A stretch of DNA of 64,000 nt, taken from Lytechinus pictus (taxonomy: Eukaryota). The stretch lies in contig NC_087256.1 of assembly GCF_037042905.1 (NCBI RefSeq), positions 27,962,001-28,026,000 on the forward strand, written 5' to 3'. Below, in pieces: positions 37,713 through 51,132 of the stretch. The notes below the pieces were generated by a model. It saw only the letters and a list, made by a program, of their open reading frames with translations, did not search any database and was not told the origin of the DNA. Each line of letters opens with the position of its first letter. Positions within the stretch are counted from its first letter, which is position 1. Position numbers and translations under genes: made by a program.

Positions 37713-40700
37713 TATGAGGCGCCGAATGTACCAATATTATATAGAACAATTATTTGTTATATAATCATTATTTATTAAATAATAACTATTATTTATATAT
37801 AATTTACATTTTATTTGTAAATAACTACTATCATATAAAATATCATTTCTAATTATTTATATATAATTCCAAGTAATACTTCATTATTTGTAAATAATAA
37901 TAGTTCGACATTCCATTATTTATAAATAATGATTATTTGTTTTTCATTATTTATAAATAATGATTATTTGTTTTTCATTATTTATAAATAATGATTATTT
38001 GTTTTTCATTATTTACAAATAATGATTATTTGTTTTTCATTATTTATAAATAATGATTATTTGTTTTTCATTATTTATAAATAATGATTATTTGTTTTTC
38101 ATTATTTACAAATAATGATTATTTGTTTTTCATTATTTATAAATAATGATTATTTGTTTTTCATTATTTATAAATAATGATTATTTGTTTTTCATTATTT
38201 ATAAATAATGATTATTTGTTTTTCATTATTTACAAATAATTATTATTTGTTTTTCATTATTTATAAATAATGATTATTTGTTTTTCATTATTTATAAATA
38301 ATTTGTTGAGTTTTCCATTATTTATAAATAATGATTATTTGTTAAATAATGAAAACGTCTACTTCATTATTTATAAATAATTTTTACGAGTGCACCATTA
38401 TTCTCATTATTTATAAATAATCATTATTTAATGTTCGAGTTTTCCATTATTTATAAATAAAGATTATTTGTTAAATAATGAAATATCTACTTCATTATTT
38501 GTAAATAATAATTTTGTTTCAATATCCCATTATTTATAAATAATCATTATTTATAAACAATTTTTACAGTTTGCCATTATATACAAATAATCATTATTTA
38601 TATACAAATAACCATTATTTATTAAATAATGCCATTATTTATTAAATAATGCCATTATTTATTAAATAATGCCATTATTTATTAAATAATGGAAAACTCG
38701 CTATAACATGCAAATGTGGGACCGCCCATGATATGAATATTCATGATGCGATTTCCTTTTTCGTGATTTTCTTCACAAATTTTTGTCCATTTCCTCTTCA
38801 TAATGACATTTCTTGAAGCAATTTTCTAGGGATATGGTCTGATTGTAATATTCTTCATTTTCTATATAACTTCGTCTTCGTAGAAATATCAAAAAGTGTA
38901 ATTTTATACGATTTTTCCTACAGTTCACAATCCCCATAGGCGCGCGTGTACGGTAGGGACAACCGGTGAATCGACGGAGTGCTCTTCATCGAAATACTAC
39001 GTTGGTTGGTCCCCGGAAGTGGCGGGCGGAATTTAGCCCGAATCCTCGATGGAAGTCGATCAAGTGCATATGAGCTGAGAGAGTGAAATATCAGTGTACT
39101 TGTACAGGCCCTTCTACTTTTTATAAATATTTCTTGTTGCTTTTTTTGTTGAGTTAATTTTTCCTGGTGTAGAGATAAGTTTCAGTTCTTATAATGCACT
39201 TCAAATACATTTTGGAGTGTCTGTTTGAGGCGTTTGGGGCGATTTCACCCTGGCCCCAAAATGCTCGCAACGACAATACGGGGGATGACCCCTAATTTTT
39301 AAAAAACTTATTTTTCTATTGAAAATTATCACAAAATTCACCAAAAGTGTGCACGAAAGCCTTCGTATTTCACTTTTAAAACTCCAAAAAGTGCCCAAAT
39401 GACAAGCTTGGTCGCTTCGCTGTGTCGCTTTCAACTTGAGAACGTTTACACGCGTCTGCCCCCACCCCCCGAAAGAAATTCTGTGAACGGCCATGCTCTA
39501 AAGAGCCTGGCACATTGATTTATGTATACTTCATTTTCATTATTTTTATCTCATTATCATCATGGCCTTACGCAGAATTTTTTCCGGCGGGGGGGGGGGG
39601 GTGGGGGGAGCAGGACGCGCGTAAACTTTCTCATAAAAATCTTGAGAAAGCGAAGCGACCAAGCTTGTCATTTGAGCTTGGTCGCGTCGCTGTCTCGCTT
39701 TCAAGATTTTTTTGAGAAACTTTACGCGCGTCCTAGCTGCCCCCCCCCCCCTGTAAAAATTCTGTGTAAGGCCATGATGATAATGTGATAAAAATAATGA
39801 AAATGAAAAGTACATATAAATCAATGTGCCATATGCTCTTTTGAGCATGGCCGTTCACAGAATTTCTTTCGGGGGGTGGGGGCAGACGCGTGTAAACGTT
39901 CTCAAGTTGAAAGCGAGACAGCGAAGCGACAAAGCTTGTCATTTGGGCTTGGTCCCGTGGCTGTCTCGCTTTCAAGATTTTTTTGAGAAAGTTTACGCGC
40001 GTCATGCTCCGGCCCCGGCCCCCCTGGAAAAAATTCTACGTAAGGCCATGTTGATAATGAGATAAAAATAATGAAAATGAAAGTATACATAAATCAATGT
40101 GCCAGGCTCTTTAGAGCATGGCCGTATACAGAATTTCTTTCGGAGGAGGGGGGGGGGGGAGCAGACGCGTAAACGTTCTCAAGTTGAAAGAGACACAGCG
40201 AAGCGACCAAGCTTGTCATTTGGGCACTTTTCGGAGTTTTAAAAGTGAAATACGAAGGCTTTCGTGCACACTTTTGGTGAATTTTGTGATAATTTTCAAT
40301 AGAAAAATAAGTTTTTAAAAATTTAGGGGTCATCATGCCCCCGTATTGTCGTTGCGAGCATTTTGGGGCCAGGGTGAAATCGCCCCAAACGCCTCAAACA
40401 GACACTCCAAAATGTATTTGAAGTGCATTATTAGAACTGAAACTTATCTCTACACCAGGAAAAATTAACTTAACAAAAAAAGCAACAAGAAATATTTATA
40501 AAAAGTAGAAGGGCCTGTACAAGTACACTGATATTTCACTCTCTCAGCTCATATGCACTTGATCGACTTCCATCGAGGATTCGGGCTAAATTCCGCCCGC
40601 CACTTCCGGGGACCAACCAACGTCGTATTTCGATGAAGAGCACTCCGTCGATTCACCGGTTGTCCCTACCGTACACGCGCGCCTATGGGGATTGTGAACT

Positions 40701-41839
40701 GTAGGAAAAATCGTATAAAATTACACTTTTTGATATTTCTACGAAGACGAAGTTATATAGAAAATGAAGAATATTACAATCAGACCATATCCCTAGAAAA
40801 TTGCTTCAAGAAATGTCATTATGAAGAGGAAATGGACAAAAATTTGTGAAGAAAAATCACGAAAAAGGAAATCGCATCATGAATATTCATATCATGGGCG
40901 GTCCCACATTTGCATGTTATAGCGAGTTTTCCATTATTTAATAAATAATGGCATTATTTAATAAATAATGGTTATTTGTATATAAATAATGATTATTTGT
41001 ATATAATGGCAAACTGTAAAAATTGTTTATAAATAATGATTATTTATAAATAATGGGATATTGAAACAAAATTATTATTTATAAATAATGAAGTAGATAT
41101 TTCATTATTTAACAAATAATCTTTATTTATAAATAATGGAAAACTCGAACATTAAATAATGATTATTTATAAATAATGAGAATAATAGTGCACTCGAAAA
41201 AATTATTTATAAATAATGAAGTAGACGTTTTCATTATTTAACAAATAATCATTATTTATAAATAATCGAAAACTCAACAAATTATTTATAAATAATGAAA
41301 AACAAATAATCATTATTTATAAATAATGAAAAACAAATAATCATTATTTGTAAATAATGAAAAACAAATAATCATTATTTATAAATAATGAAAAACAAAT
41401 AATCATTATTTATAAATAATGAAAAACAAATAATCATTATTTATAAATAATGAAAAACAAATAATCATTATTTATAAATAATGAAAAACAAATAATCACT
41501 ATTTGTAACTAATGAAAAACAAATAATCATTATATATAAATAATGAAAAACAAATAATCATTATTTATAAATAATGAAAAACAAATAATCATTATTTATA
41601 AAAAATGAAAAACAAATAATCATTATTTATAAATAATGGAATGTCGAACTATTATTATTTACAAATAATGAAGTATTACTTGGAATTATATATAAATAAT
41701 TAGAAATGATATTTTATATAATAGTAGTTATTTACAAATAAAATGTAAATTATATATAAATAATAGTTATTATTTAATAAATAATGATTATATAACAAAT
41801 AATTGTTCTATATAATATTGGTACATTCGGCGCCTCATA
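37713..41839. mobile_element. 4.1-kb non-autonomous foldback element (TU/FB-like architecture)
   Basis: Ends TATGAGGCGCCGAATGTACC... and ...GGTACATTCGGCGCCTCATA are reverse complements. The arms mirror each other for about 1.9 kb. The outer domain holds 31-bp and 20-bp AT-rich tandem repeats, followed by a unique inner domain and central ~270-bp units. Flanked by the direct repeat CATCGT (37707-37712, 41840-41845). No credible ORF. Confidence 0.92.
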
Positions 41840-43199
41840 CATCGTACGTGGTAGTTCACGTGCTTTGCTCTTGTGACGACCCTTGCAACCATCTTATTCA
41901 TTGTGCAACAGAAAATACCGCTTAAATTGTTTATGTATGATACATTTGATGATTTAAAAAACAAAATAATATACCCTTATGTCAAATTCGAGTTATGTAT
42001 TTTCTTGTCGAGATTTTTGTTATGAAACATGTTGCCAAAACCAATAAATGAAAAAAAAAAAAATTGTTCCAAAATAGTCCATTGTTTTCAGTCATTTAAA
42101 TAATGCTTCGAATGGGCAAGGACATTTTCAGTAACACTTTTCGACATGGTTACAATCAATAACCTATGCTTGGCGCGAAAAGAGAGTCATCCATGGTCAT
42201 AATAGTTGCCTTGAAGAACGATTCCTTTCAATAGTAATGGAAATATGACGTTTTTTTCTTTTCACTGCCTTGATTGTTTCCTATTCTTTTAGGTGTGAAC
42301 ACACTCCTCACGAAAATGATATTGTATGACGTGGAATGAAACACTCTTTCATAACGATGCACACTACTCTACATTTCATAAATCAATTCCAAAGTCACTA
42401 GCAATTTTGTAAGTGAAATCTTTAAAAAAAAACAATAGAGAAAAATCCGTTCGATTTCGCCGGTTTTTACCATGTAATGTAAAATAGTTTTTTCAGTTTC
42501 AGTTCAGTTTGGTTTATGTCATTTCAACTCAAGTCAATTTAACAATAAAAGAAATCATTAATACAAAGATATAAATGAATATACAAATATATACACTATG
42601 ACAATATGACATCGATAGATAAACATTTACAATAGACACTAATCAATATGATAATCATATCAATAATGATATTTAGATAGTAATTAATTTTTAAAAAGCA
42701 AAGAAAAGTAAAACTTGATACAATAACATTCCATCCTCTCCTAACCTGGGCAAAAATTTGGTACGTTTCAAAGTCGACATGAACTCGCAGATTTGTCAAC
42801 AAACAATACTATTAGACCATTCAAATGAATTTGATCTCTGCCAGACTGGGCGATGCCCTAAATAAGAATGCATCTGGGTCTAATTAGGTAGGGTCGCGGT
42901 TGATATTTCTGCACTTTGTCTCTCTCTCTCCCCTCTCTACCTCTCATCGTCACTCACCTGCTAACTCTGTCATTGTCTGTTTCTCTCTCTCTCTCTCTCT
43001 CTGTCCATCTCTCTTGACTGTGTCACTCTCATCTCAGACGAGGGACCTACTTCTTTGATTTACATTCCACCAACCCCATGCTCGCATCAGGTGACATAAT
43101 CTTCTGATGCTGCATGGAATAAGGGTGCACCCGTCAATGTCATGTCAAAACGAATCAATCGATCTGCCTGTCTCTAATAACTTTAGATGTTTACATCTC

Positions 43200-43740
43200 G
43201 TTCTGTTCTTCCTTGTTTTTCTTCCTTCCCTTTTCCTTCTTTCGTTTTTTTTCTTCTTCCTTTTCTCCTCAACCACCTCGTCTTCCCTTTCTTTTACTTT
43301 TCATGTTATCACACTCCTACTTTGTTGTCTTCATCTGTTTCATTTTCTTCTCCTTTTTCTTCATTTTCTCCCTCTTCTTATCCTTCTCCTCAACAACCTA
43401 ATTCTTCTTCTGCTTCTTCGTCGGCTTCTCCTTCTTTTTTTATTCTGCTTCTACTTCTTCTTCTCATTCTGCTTCTCCTTCTTCTACTACTTCTCTTTCT
43501 TCTTCTTCTTCTTCTTCTTCTCCTTCGTCTTCCTCCTCCTCCTCTTCTTTTTCTCCCTCTTCATCTACAGCTACTTTTTCTTCTCCTCCTTCTTCACCAC
43601 CTTCTCTTTCTTTGACATTCTTTGTCTTTTCTCTTCTTCTTCTTCTTATTTTCTCATTCTTTTCCCTTTTTAAGTAAAATCTTCTTTTACCTCTTCTTTT
43701 CATTGTTGTTGTTCCTATCTTCTTCACCCTCCCCTCCTTC
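43200..43740. repeat. Polypyrimidine (CTT/CCT)n tract
   Basis: About 540 bp of almost pure C/T on the plus strand. Confidence 0.9.
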
Positions 43741-45204
43741 AACATCCAAAGCTTCTGTCCATTCTACATCTTAATAAGACATATTGATCCCACCTTGTCA
43801 CTATCGAAGCCTCCGTGGAAGCGTCATATTTGACTGGATGTGACATCTACAAGTGTACTGTGTGTTGTTATAATACTATTCGGAAGTACACCTATATCAA
43901 CTTTTATAGTCTTGTTCGGTTAATATTTTGAAGTCAGGACATCAAGGCAGGAAGGAGAACAATTTTAATATCCTGCAGACATTTTTTTTCACTGTCACGG
44001 GCGGCTGCAAATTTCGAGTTAAGGATATTCGATAAAATCTTTTCGTATGATACTGTAGCTCATAGTGCGAATACAGGAAGAGAAACGTACATCATGCACG
44101 TTGAAGACAGGTTTGGATTTTTGAAGGCAAAATTCTAACAAAACGTTTAAATAGAAACATAATTTCACGGAAGACCTACTCGTGCAAGCTATTAAAGTGG
44201 TGGTATATAATATGCTATGTGCATTTTCTCAATGAGAATATATAACACTTTCTATCGCGATGGAAATTGTGCGCCTTTTCAAGAAAACATATTTATATAT
44301 ATTTTTTTAATAAATTTAATTGGCTAGTTATCTGTGTCATTTGACCGTTGATATCTACCCCCATGTTGTGAGCGAACGTGGGGTTATATGTATGGGATGA
44401 AACTCACGGGTAATTAGAATATAATTGGTCCCTCAGGTCACTGGCGGGCTATCGGGGGGGGGGGGGCGTGCCCCTTCTATTTTCAAATGATGCATTGCAA
44501 ACTAAGAGAGGGGATCGTCTCGCCGCCTCATCTCCCCGATGTTACCAAAAAAACTCACGAAATCGCCGCTTTTTCCTAACCTCATGTCCTAAATGTCATG
44601 TTAGGGTAAAACAAGGTGTTGGGCTCCTACACGATGATCATCTTTATGTATAGACTTACTATCTCAGTTAGATGTGAACCTTTTCTTATAAAATCCATTT
44701 TGTTTATGTCATACCAAACTATAAATAACTTAGTTCAAGTTTTTTCTTTAAGATAAGTGGCAGATAAGTGGACGTGATCGAGTTTCGCAGTGTTTCCTGT
44801 TGGCAAAATCCTGGCTGGAATTTATGCCCCAATTTCAAATTTGAACCTAAAGTCATATGTTTAAGCCTTTGCTCACAATACAATTTAAAATAAAGTTTGC
44901 TTCATGCCTAGGCGATCCTCCACCCACTTGAGGTGGGTGTCTTTTTATCGCGTTAAATGACCACTGACCGCTGTATTTTATCTTTCGAAAAAGATGTCTC
45001 ATCTTGAATTTATACTAGATCTCAGCTAATATTTCGTTTGTCAATAACCAAAGTAGATATAAAAGGTATAACATCTTACACCTGGTACGGAATTAGATAT
45101 AAAAAAACAAATTAACAAAATATGTATCATCTACAATGCTCATAATATTGGCGAGTGTGGTGTTGGTAGACGACGTGTGAGCATAAATTGAACATATATT
45201 TTTA

Positions 45205-45700
45205 AATTTATTTATTTATTATTTATTTATTTATTTTGTTTTATTTATTTTATACTGCAGGGTAGGCCTGTTCAGTTCTTAAAACTGCTTAACAAAGACG
45301 CCCTGCAGTTTAAAATACATGTCGAGATAACTATGAACAACAACAACAAACAACATCAAAAATACATAATACAAAATATCTAACATCAGAAACAATTAAC
45401 ACCAAAATATAGAGTGGGAAGTGACAATTTAAACATACATAGCATTGTAAATCAATGGAATATCATTTCGCTCTTTATCAATTAGTATGAAAGGCTTTGC
45501 ATAATTTTTTAAAAACTAACAAGGAGGTAAAAACTTGTAAATTTGAAGGAAGTGCATTAAATAATTTGGGTCCGACATATGCGAAAGATTTTCTTTTATG
45601 TTCAATTCTAGCTTTGGGAAGCTGAAGGGGGCATCGTAAAGAGAATTGTTCAATCTGTGTTGGATATGAAGTAATTTCTAACAAACATTTCGAAGACAAA
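45205..45700 (-). mobile_element. CR1/L2-group LINE 3' fragment
   Basis: ORF end LQLPKARIEHKRKSFAYVGPKLFNALPSNLQ...FKK, then a 3' stem-loop CTGCAGGG...CCCTGCAG and an (AAAT)n tail. Confidence 0.78.
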
Positions 45701-46791
45701 AACGTTAGAATGACTGGCTAATTGGCTATCACATCATTTTGTTTATGTTCCACCTGCGTCTCTGAAAACAATAAAAACAGACCTTTATTTCTTAATCATT
45801 TCTCGAGAGGCTCTTAAGTCTCCTCATTTAGTTATTACAGTCAGTGATGCTCACTGCGATATGACATACTTTCTTAGAACACCCCCCTTAACGGGGTTAT
45901 AAGTTATTCCATTTATAATTTAACACTTTTTCTCTCAATCTTAACTTATTTCCAATCCTCTTTATTCTCTTTCTTATTTTAAGCATTCGACCGATCATTT
46001 CATTTATGATACAGATTTGAAATAAACATCCAAAAACCGTGATTGGTGTACACAAAGGGCTAAACCAGACATTTTGCTCCGATGTTGATTTTTTGGGGGG
46101 TGTTAGTTCAATTACGCTAATAGATGTTATTACGAAACCTTAAGTTGCTGCTTTTACACTCGTCGGTGTTATATTGAATCTCTATGTTATAATTTAAACA
46201 CCTCAGGATGTGGTCCTCAAGGTTTACCAACCGGTGCTAGTTTTAACACCCCAGTTTTTTACAGTGTAGTTTATCCATACTATTTACACCATGATTCGCA
46301 ATCGTATCAATTTGATAAATATGATGAAAGTGCATGTGGCTTCTGTGACAGCATTTCTTGTTTATGGTCATCTACCCTATAGCACATGACGTTTTGTTTT
46401 ATCCATGACCAGATTACCCGATGGTCCTTTATTTACATTGTATATAGGGCGAATACCAGCCTATACCAATCAGTCTATAATGATGTTTTGGCCTCCCTGC
46501 AATGATGTTATCTGATACACACTAAGATCAAACTCATCGATAGGCTGTTACTTGGTTACCCGATGGGTCCATAAGGGTAATCAGATCAGGTTTACTGCTT
46601 CCCCAAATGGCGGAGCTGGGCGGGGTTGGACATGGCGATTCCCACCCCTTTCCCCTTTAGATGAGGCGGAAGGGGTGCAAGAAATGGGGGCTAATACAGC
46701 AAATAACACGACTCCACATACATTACCTTCACTTAAATATGTAAACCTACAAGGACGCCGATTACATCACCTGCTTGGACCACTGGGACAT

Positions 46792-46950
46792 GGCGTTGTG
46801 GCGCGCGCCTGTATAATCCAAGCTATATAAGGGAAGTTACAAATTGATGCAGAAGTTAGAGTTTCGAGCACTAGTCACGTTCTCCGGACGGTATTGCTAC
46901 AGGTTGGTCCGAAACGTAAATAATCATACCTGATTAAAGCACGCCTGCGA
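46792..46950 (+). mobile_element. SINE with 7SL-RNA/Alu-like 5' head (copy 2, more diverged)
   Basis: GGCGTTGTGGCGCGCGCCTGTATAATCCAAGCTA...AGTTACAAATTGATGCAGA...TTCGAGCACTAGTCACGT aligns with copy 1. Limits are approximate. Confidence 0.6.
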
Positions 46951-47566
46951 AAATACCAATCACATAATATCCATCATCTTTAACTTCGTAACCCTCCCCC
47001 TCTAAAGATTTGACCCATGATACACCGCAATCTTTCCAGGCTTTGATTGCCTGTGTTATGTCTAACACTGACCTTAACCTAATCACCTTTATGACAGGAC
47101 AAGGTGCATGCAATGGATATGCTTTATACAGCTTTATACATCCTATATGCATTTTGAAGGGAGGGATTTCGAATGCTGTTATCCCCATATGACCATTTTC
47201 GTTATGGTACACTGAATCTAGTTTTCTAATGAATTAAAATTAATGTAACAAATTTAACCTGAGCATGCTGATTATCACATAAGAACTTAGACTACTTATA
47301 ACCTGTTGTGATTACCTTGCACATTGTTAATATTTCTAGTTGGCACCCTTTCTTGTCGGCAACATAGCAGGGTTAGTGATGGGTCATAACCAAAACCTTA
47401 GCGGAACGACCCACATCCTCATGCATATGGATATAAATAAAATAATAATAATATAGGATTTGTTTAGCGCACGTATCTACCTTGCTAGGTGCTCAAGGCG
47501 TTCCTGTCTTACCAAGCATGGCACCATTACGACAAGACAGGTGGACCAGACGCTGCAATAACTTAC

Positions 47567-48143
47567 CAATTGTTGTTAGTACTGTAGTGGCGAAAAACAT
47601 AGAACCATAGAAATTCCAACTAGAAAGTGGGTTCTCCTCTTTTTCGACAACAATGACGCCGAGGGCGTGTTCATACCTCTCCAAATAATCACTTGTCATT
47701 TCTCGCCACGTGGCTTCGTCACTAAATGCCAAGGGAAGTTGGCTCTTGATATTATTGAGGAATTCACTTCGATTGGTCTGCCTGTCCATGACGAGCTTCA
47801 GGAACTTGGACTTTTCCAAAGGAGCCTCTAGTCGTTGGAATACAGCTGCGCCCATACATGTATAGGCGACGAGAAAGATAATGAGTCCGCCGTTGGTCAA
47901 ACAATGATGGAGGACAATGCGGAGCATGGATGGCTCCTTGGGTGGTTCCTCTTCTTCAAATTCACTCGGTGCCTCTTCTAACGGCTCCTCCTCCATCGGC
48001 TCCACCTGCTCCTCCACGATCACCGTCTGAGCCACCACCGGCTCCTTCTTTTCCACCAGGCTATACTTAGGCGGTGCTTCGAATTCGTTGTCATCGTAAA
48101 AGTCGTCCAACGGGAAGCTGTTCCTCACGTTGTAGTCACCCAT
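47567..48143 (-). CDS. K2P (two-pore domain) potassium channel gene B, coding exon 1 (N-terminus, M1, cap, first half of pore P1)
   Basis: ATG at 48143 (MGDYN...). M1 helix GGLIIFLVAYTCMGAAVFQRLE and pore helix WNFYGSMFFATTVLTTIG. Canonical donor G|GTAAGT at 47567/47566, phase 1, splitting the first Gly codon of GYG. Confidence 0.92.
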
Positions 48144-50223
48144 AGTAAATGGGTTTCCTCCAACAACCGTTTCAAACAAGAAATGGAACCTTCAACAGGT
48201 AGCAAAATGTAGCAAAATGTCCACAGGTATTGTAATCATGTCCACGGGTAGTATAGTCAAAGACGAACGCCCAAGATGGCACGCGACAAATTCTCCAAAT
48301 TATTTATTCCATAATATTTACAACAGCCAATTCAAATTAATGAAAACAACAATATATTGCATCGCATTATCCTTTTTGCATCATAGCTGAAGTAACAAAC
48401 TATCAGTATTAGACATTCCTCAACAAAAATCGCTGTATATCACAGGTAATTTTGAAGGTGTAAATAAACAAAAATCACCTAACAAGCGTAATTATATCTA
48501 TTGGATCCTTTCCTCTGAAGATTGCATGTATGTTCTTGGTAGAGTCATTTCAATGTACTGATAATTTACGAGCCGCTTTCCATCTTGTCATTGTTATTAT
48601 GATAACATTTTCCCGCCAAGTCACACGATCCCGTCTGCTTCTGAGTAATTGCAGCTGAGCGGGAAGCGGTAAGTGGAGGTCACTCCCAGGCAGTGCTGTA
48701 TCCTCTGGGAGTTCAATGCTTTCTTTGAAGTATATCTTGCCTTTTGAATCGTTGTCGACCCGAGTGTTTATTAAGATGATTGTGGCTGGAATACAAGATG
48801 AGAAGGACGCGAGTGAGCTTGGGAGGCCGCTATCTCCAATGTTTTTATTCCTTTGCAGACTGCACACTACTGAGACAAGATAGTTAGCCAACACAACATT
48901 CTCATCGAAGAATTAGGTCTGCCTGAGGTTATTAAAGATCATTAGCGACATGGATTAGCGATCGAGAATGCAAAGAATGGCAAACGCGAAGGTATTGGGC
49001 AATAGGTAGAGGATCGTCAAGCAGTAACTCACCACTTGAAAATGTACATCTGTGGTTGGATATGGTTTGATTGCCTGAGCTTGCTAGACACGCGGAGGCA
49101 CCACTGATGTGACCGGACGATGGGTTATTCAGCTCCGTGGCATGTGGAATGCAATAACGAACACCATCGACAATGAATGGGACTGAAGTGAGCGATGAGT
49201 ATGAACTACTCGGGGGAAATGTCACAGTTCGTGGTCACCAATACACCGCGGCTAAGTAGTTGGGAGATGGATGGGATGATATGCGCTTGTCTGGTGAGCG
49301 GGTCCCTGTTTTCATAACCCTAATGTTAGGATTTCTCGACATAAGTCGGTATGTATCCCGTTAAGTAATCAAGCAAACTTTGTCATCATATTGCAAGTAT
49401 GCAATATCAGCATAATAACATAATCATCCACACTATTAAGTATTCAAAAAAAGTTATTTTTAGGGGCGGCGCCAGGCTATTTTTAATGGAGGGTGGGGGG
49501 GGGGGAGATGTATTGAGAGTGACGTCCTTTTCTCTTAATTCAATAACGACAATATGAAAGTTATACAACATTGATTACTGTTTTTAAAAATACTCATTCT
49601 CTTTCCATTTTGCTTCCTCACTTTTAACACTATTCCCCACTCCCCACCTCGAACAGCCCCACCTTCTATAATAATACCGTATAGGATAATTAAGACATTA
49701 TTTCCATTGATAAATTCCTACATGGATTAACATATCCATTTTTAATCATGTTAAAACGCGCGACAAGTCCTATCATGAAACGCTCCCAGCTTTCTGAATT
49801 TCGGGCTGAAAATATTAATGATTATTTTTAAATTTTGTCAATCATAAAGATGATAGTATTTTCTTTTTTCGCCGTAATTTTCTGTTGATTATTAAATGTG
49901 TAACTACTTTCAACTCTTGATGGCATTTATGAACTGGAATACACACAATGCACGGAGATTTTTACTAGACCATAGACAAACCTTCTTATATGTAAAGATT
50001 CCTTCATTTGAAAATATTACAGAGTAAATGAAGGCATGTTTATGTTACGATGAAGTTTTGCTCTATTCGGCAGTTAATTAAATTCTGTTTTTTGTGTGTG
50101 TGTTTCTTGTGTCACCTGATACAAAAAAAATCTATAGAGTATCTATCAATATCACAAAAAATCTAAGCCATATCTATTAGCATAATTTTATCAGCTTTGC
50201 CTATTTTGTTTTACCACGCACTA

Positions 50224-50680
50224 TATATTCAAAAGCGATATTCAAGCTACAAAATGCAACTAAACGAAGTTACCTTGTCTTATTGGTCTAAGATTCTATG
50301 TGTGAGTAAAATGTACTTTTGATCACAATAGAATTATCATTTGGTCATTAAAAATGGTATTCACTCAAGATATAAGAAGTATGTATGCATATTTTATACA
50401 TCTTTCACACAAAGCTCACTTAATAGTATATAAGAAATATAGTTTTTCCATTTTTTTTATTCAAGTGACATTCAAGCTACAAATTACAACTATTCTAAGC
50501 AGATTTTTAGCACCTGGTTTCAATCTACTGAATGAAGCTACCCTGTCTTGGATTCTATGAATGAGTAAAAAAATATATACTTTTGATACCAATATAACTA
50601 TTATTCGGTCATTAAAAATATGGTATTTAATCAAGATATCAGAAGCATGTATGCATATTTTATCTTCCTCACCATGCTCA
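50224..50680 (+). repeat. Old two-copy tandem duplication (~235-bp period)
   Basis: ATTCAAGCTACAAA...GGTCATTAAAAAT...CAAGATAT...ATGTATGCATATTTTAT occurs twice. Confidence 0.7.
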
Positions 50681-50892
50681 TTAATAATATACAAGAAATC
50701 GTTTCTACACTATGCAAAGCACATAAAGTTACACGCTTTCCGCTCTCTGTCTTCGTTTGCGGGTTTTTGCCCTGTTTTTTCACTGATCCTGACATTTTAT
50801 TTTCTTTTTTCCTTTCCTCCTTTTCTCTTCTGTTTGCCGACAGCCAATGCAAATTTTCCAGCAAAAAATTTGAGTGGACGTTATTGTTTCAT

Positions 50893-51132
50893 ACACTGTA
50901 AAAACTGTGGTGTTAAAACTGACACCAGTTGGTGTTAAAAGAGGACCACACCCTGAGGTGTTAAAATGACACCCTAGAGATTGAACATAACACCAAAGAG
51001 TGTCAATGTAATAGCCAAAGGTGTTATGATAACACCTATGGGTGTAAAACTAACACCACTAATTTAACACCGGTGTAAAACAACTGGTGTGGTCCTCTAT
51101 GTACACCGGTTAACACCACAGTTTTTGCTGTG
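50893..51132. mobile_element. CAC-terminal (EnSpm/CACTA-like) MITE, representative of an abundant group
   Basis: CACTGTAAAAACTGTGGTGTTAA...TTAACACCACAGTTTTTGCTGTG, TA-flanked, with internal AACACC/GGTGTT repeats. Related elements lie near 23120-23315, 24777-25010, 26673-26883, 33596-33796, 36117-36349, 46160-46266, 55085-55537 and 63428-63667. Confidence 0.7.

Noticed and set aside
39201-40336. Cluster of mirrored short ORFs in the foldback centre
   Set aside because: These are by-products of inverted/tandem units with G/C homopolymers. No transposase motifs.
43107-43745. Long Phe/Leu/Ser/Glu-rich ORFs (also at about 4.1-4.9, 14.6-14.9 and 21.0-21.8 kb)
   Set aside because: They are translations of microsatellites and N runs.
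48144-48179. ORF-track N-terminal extension of K2P gene B (and 26104-26197 extension of exon 2)
   Set aside because: Both use non-ATG (TTG) starts. The paralog supports MGDYN as the start, and the exon 2 extension is intronic.
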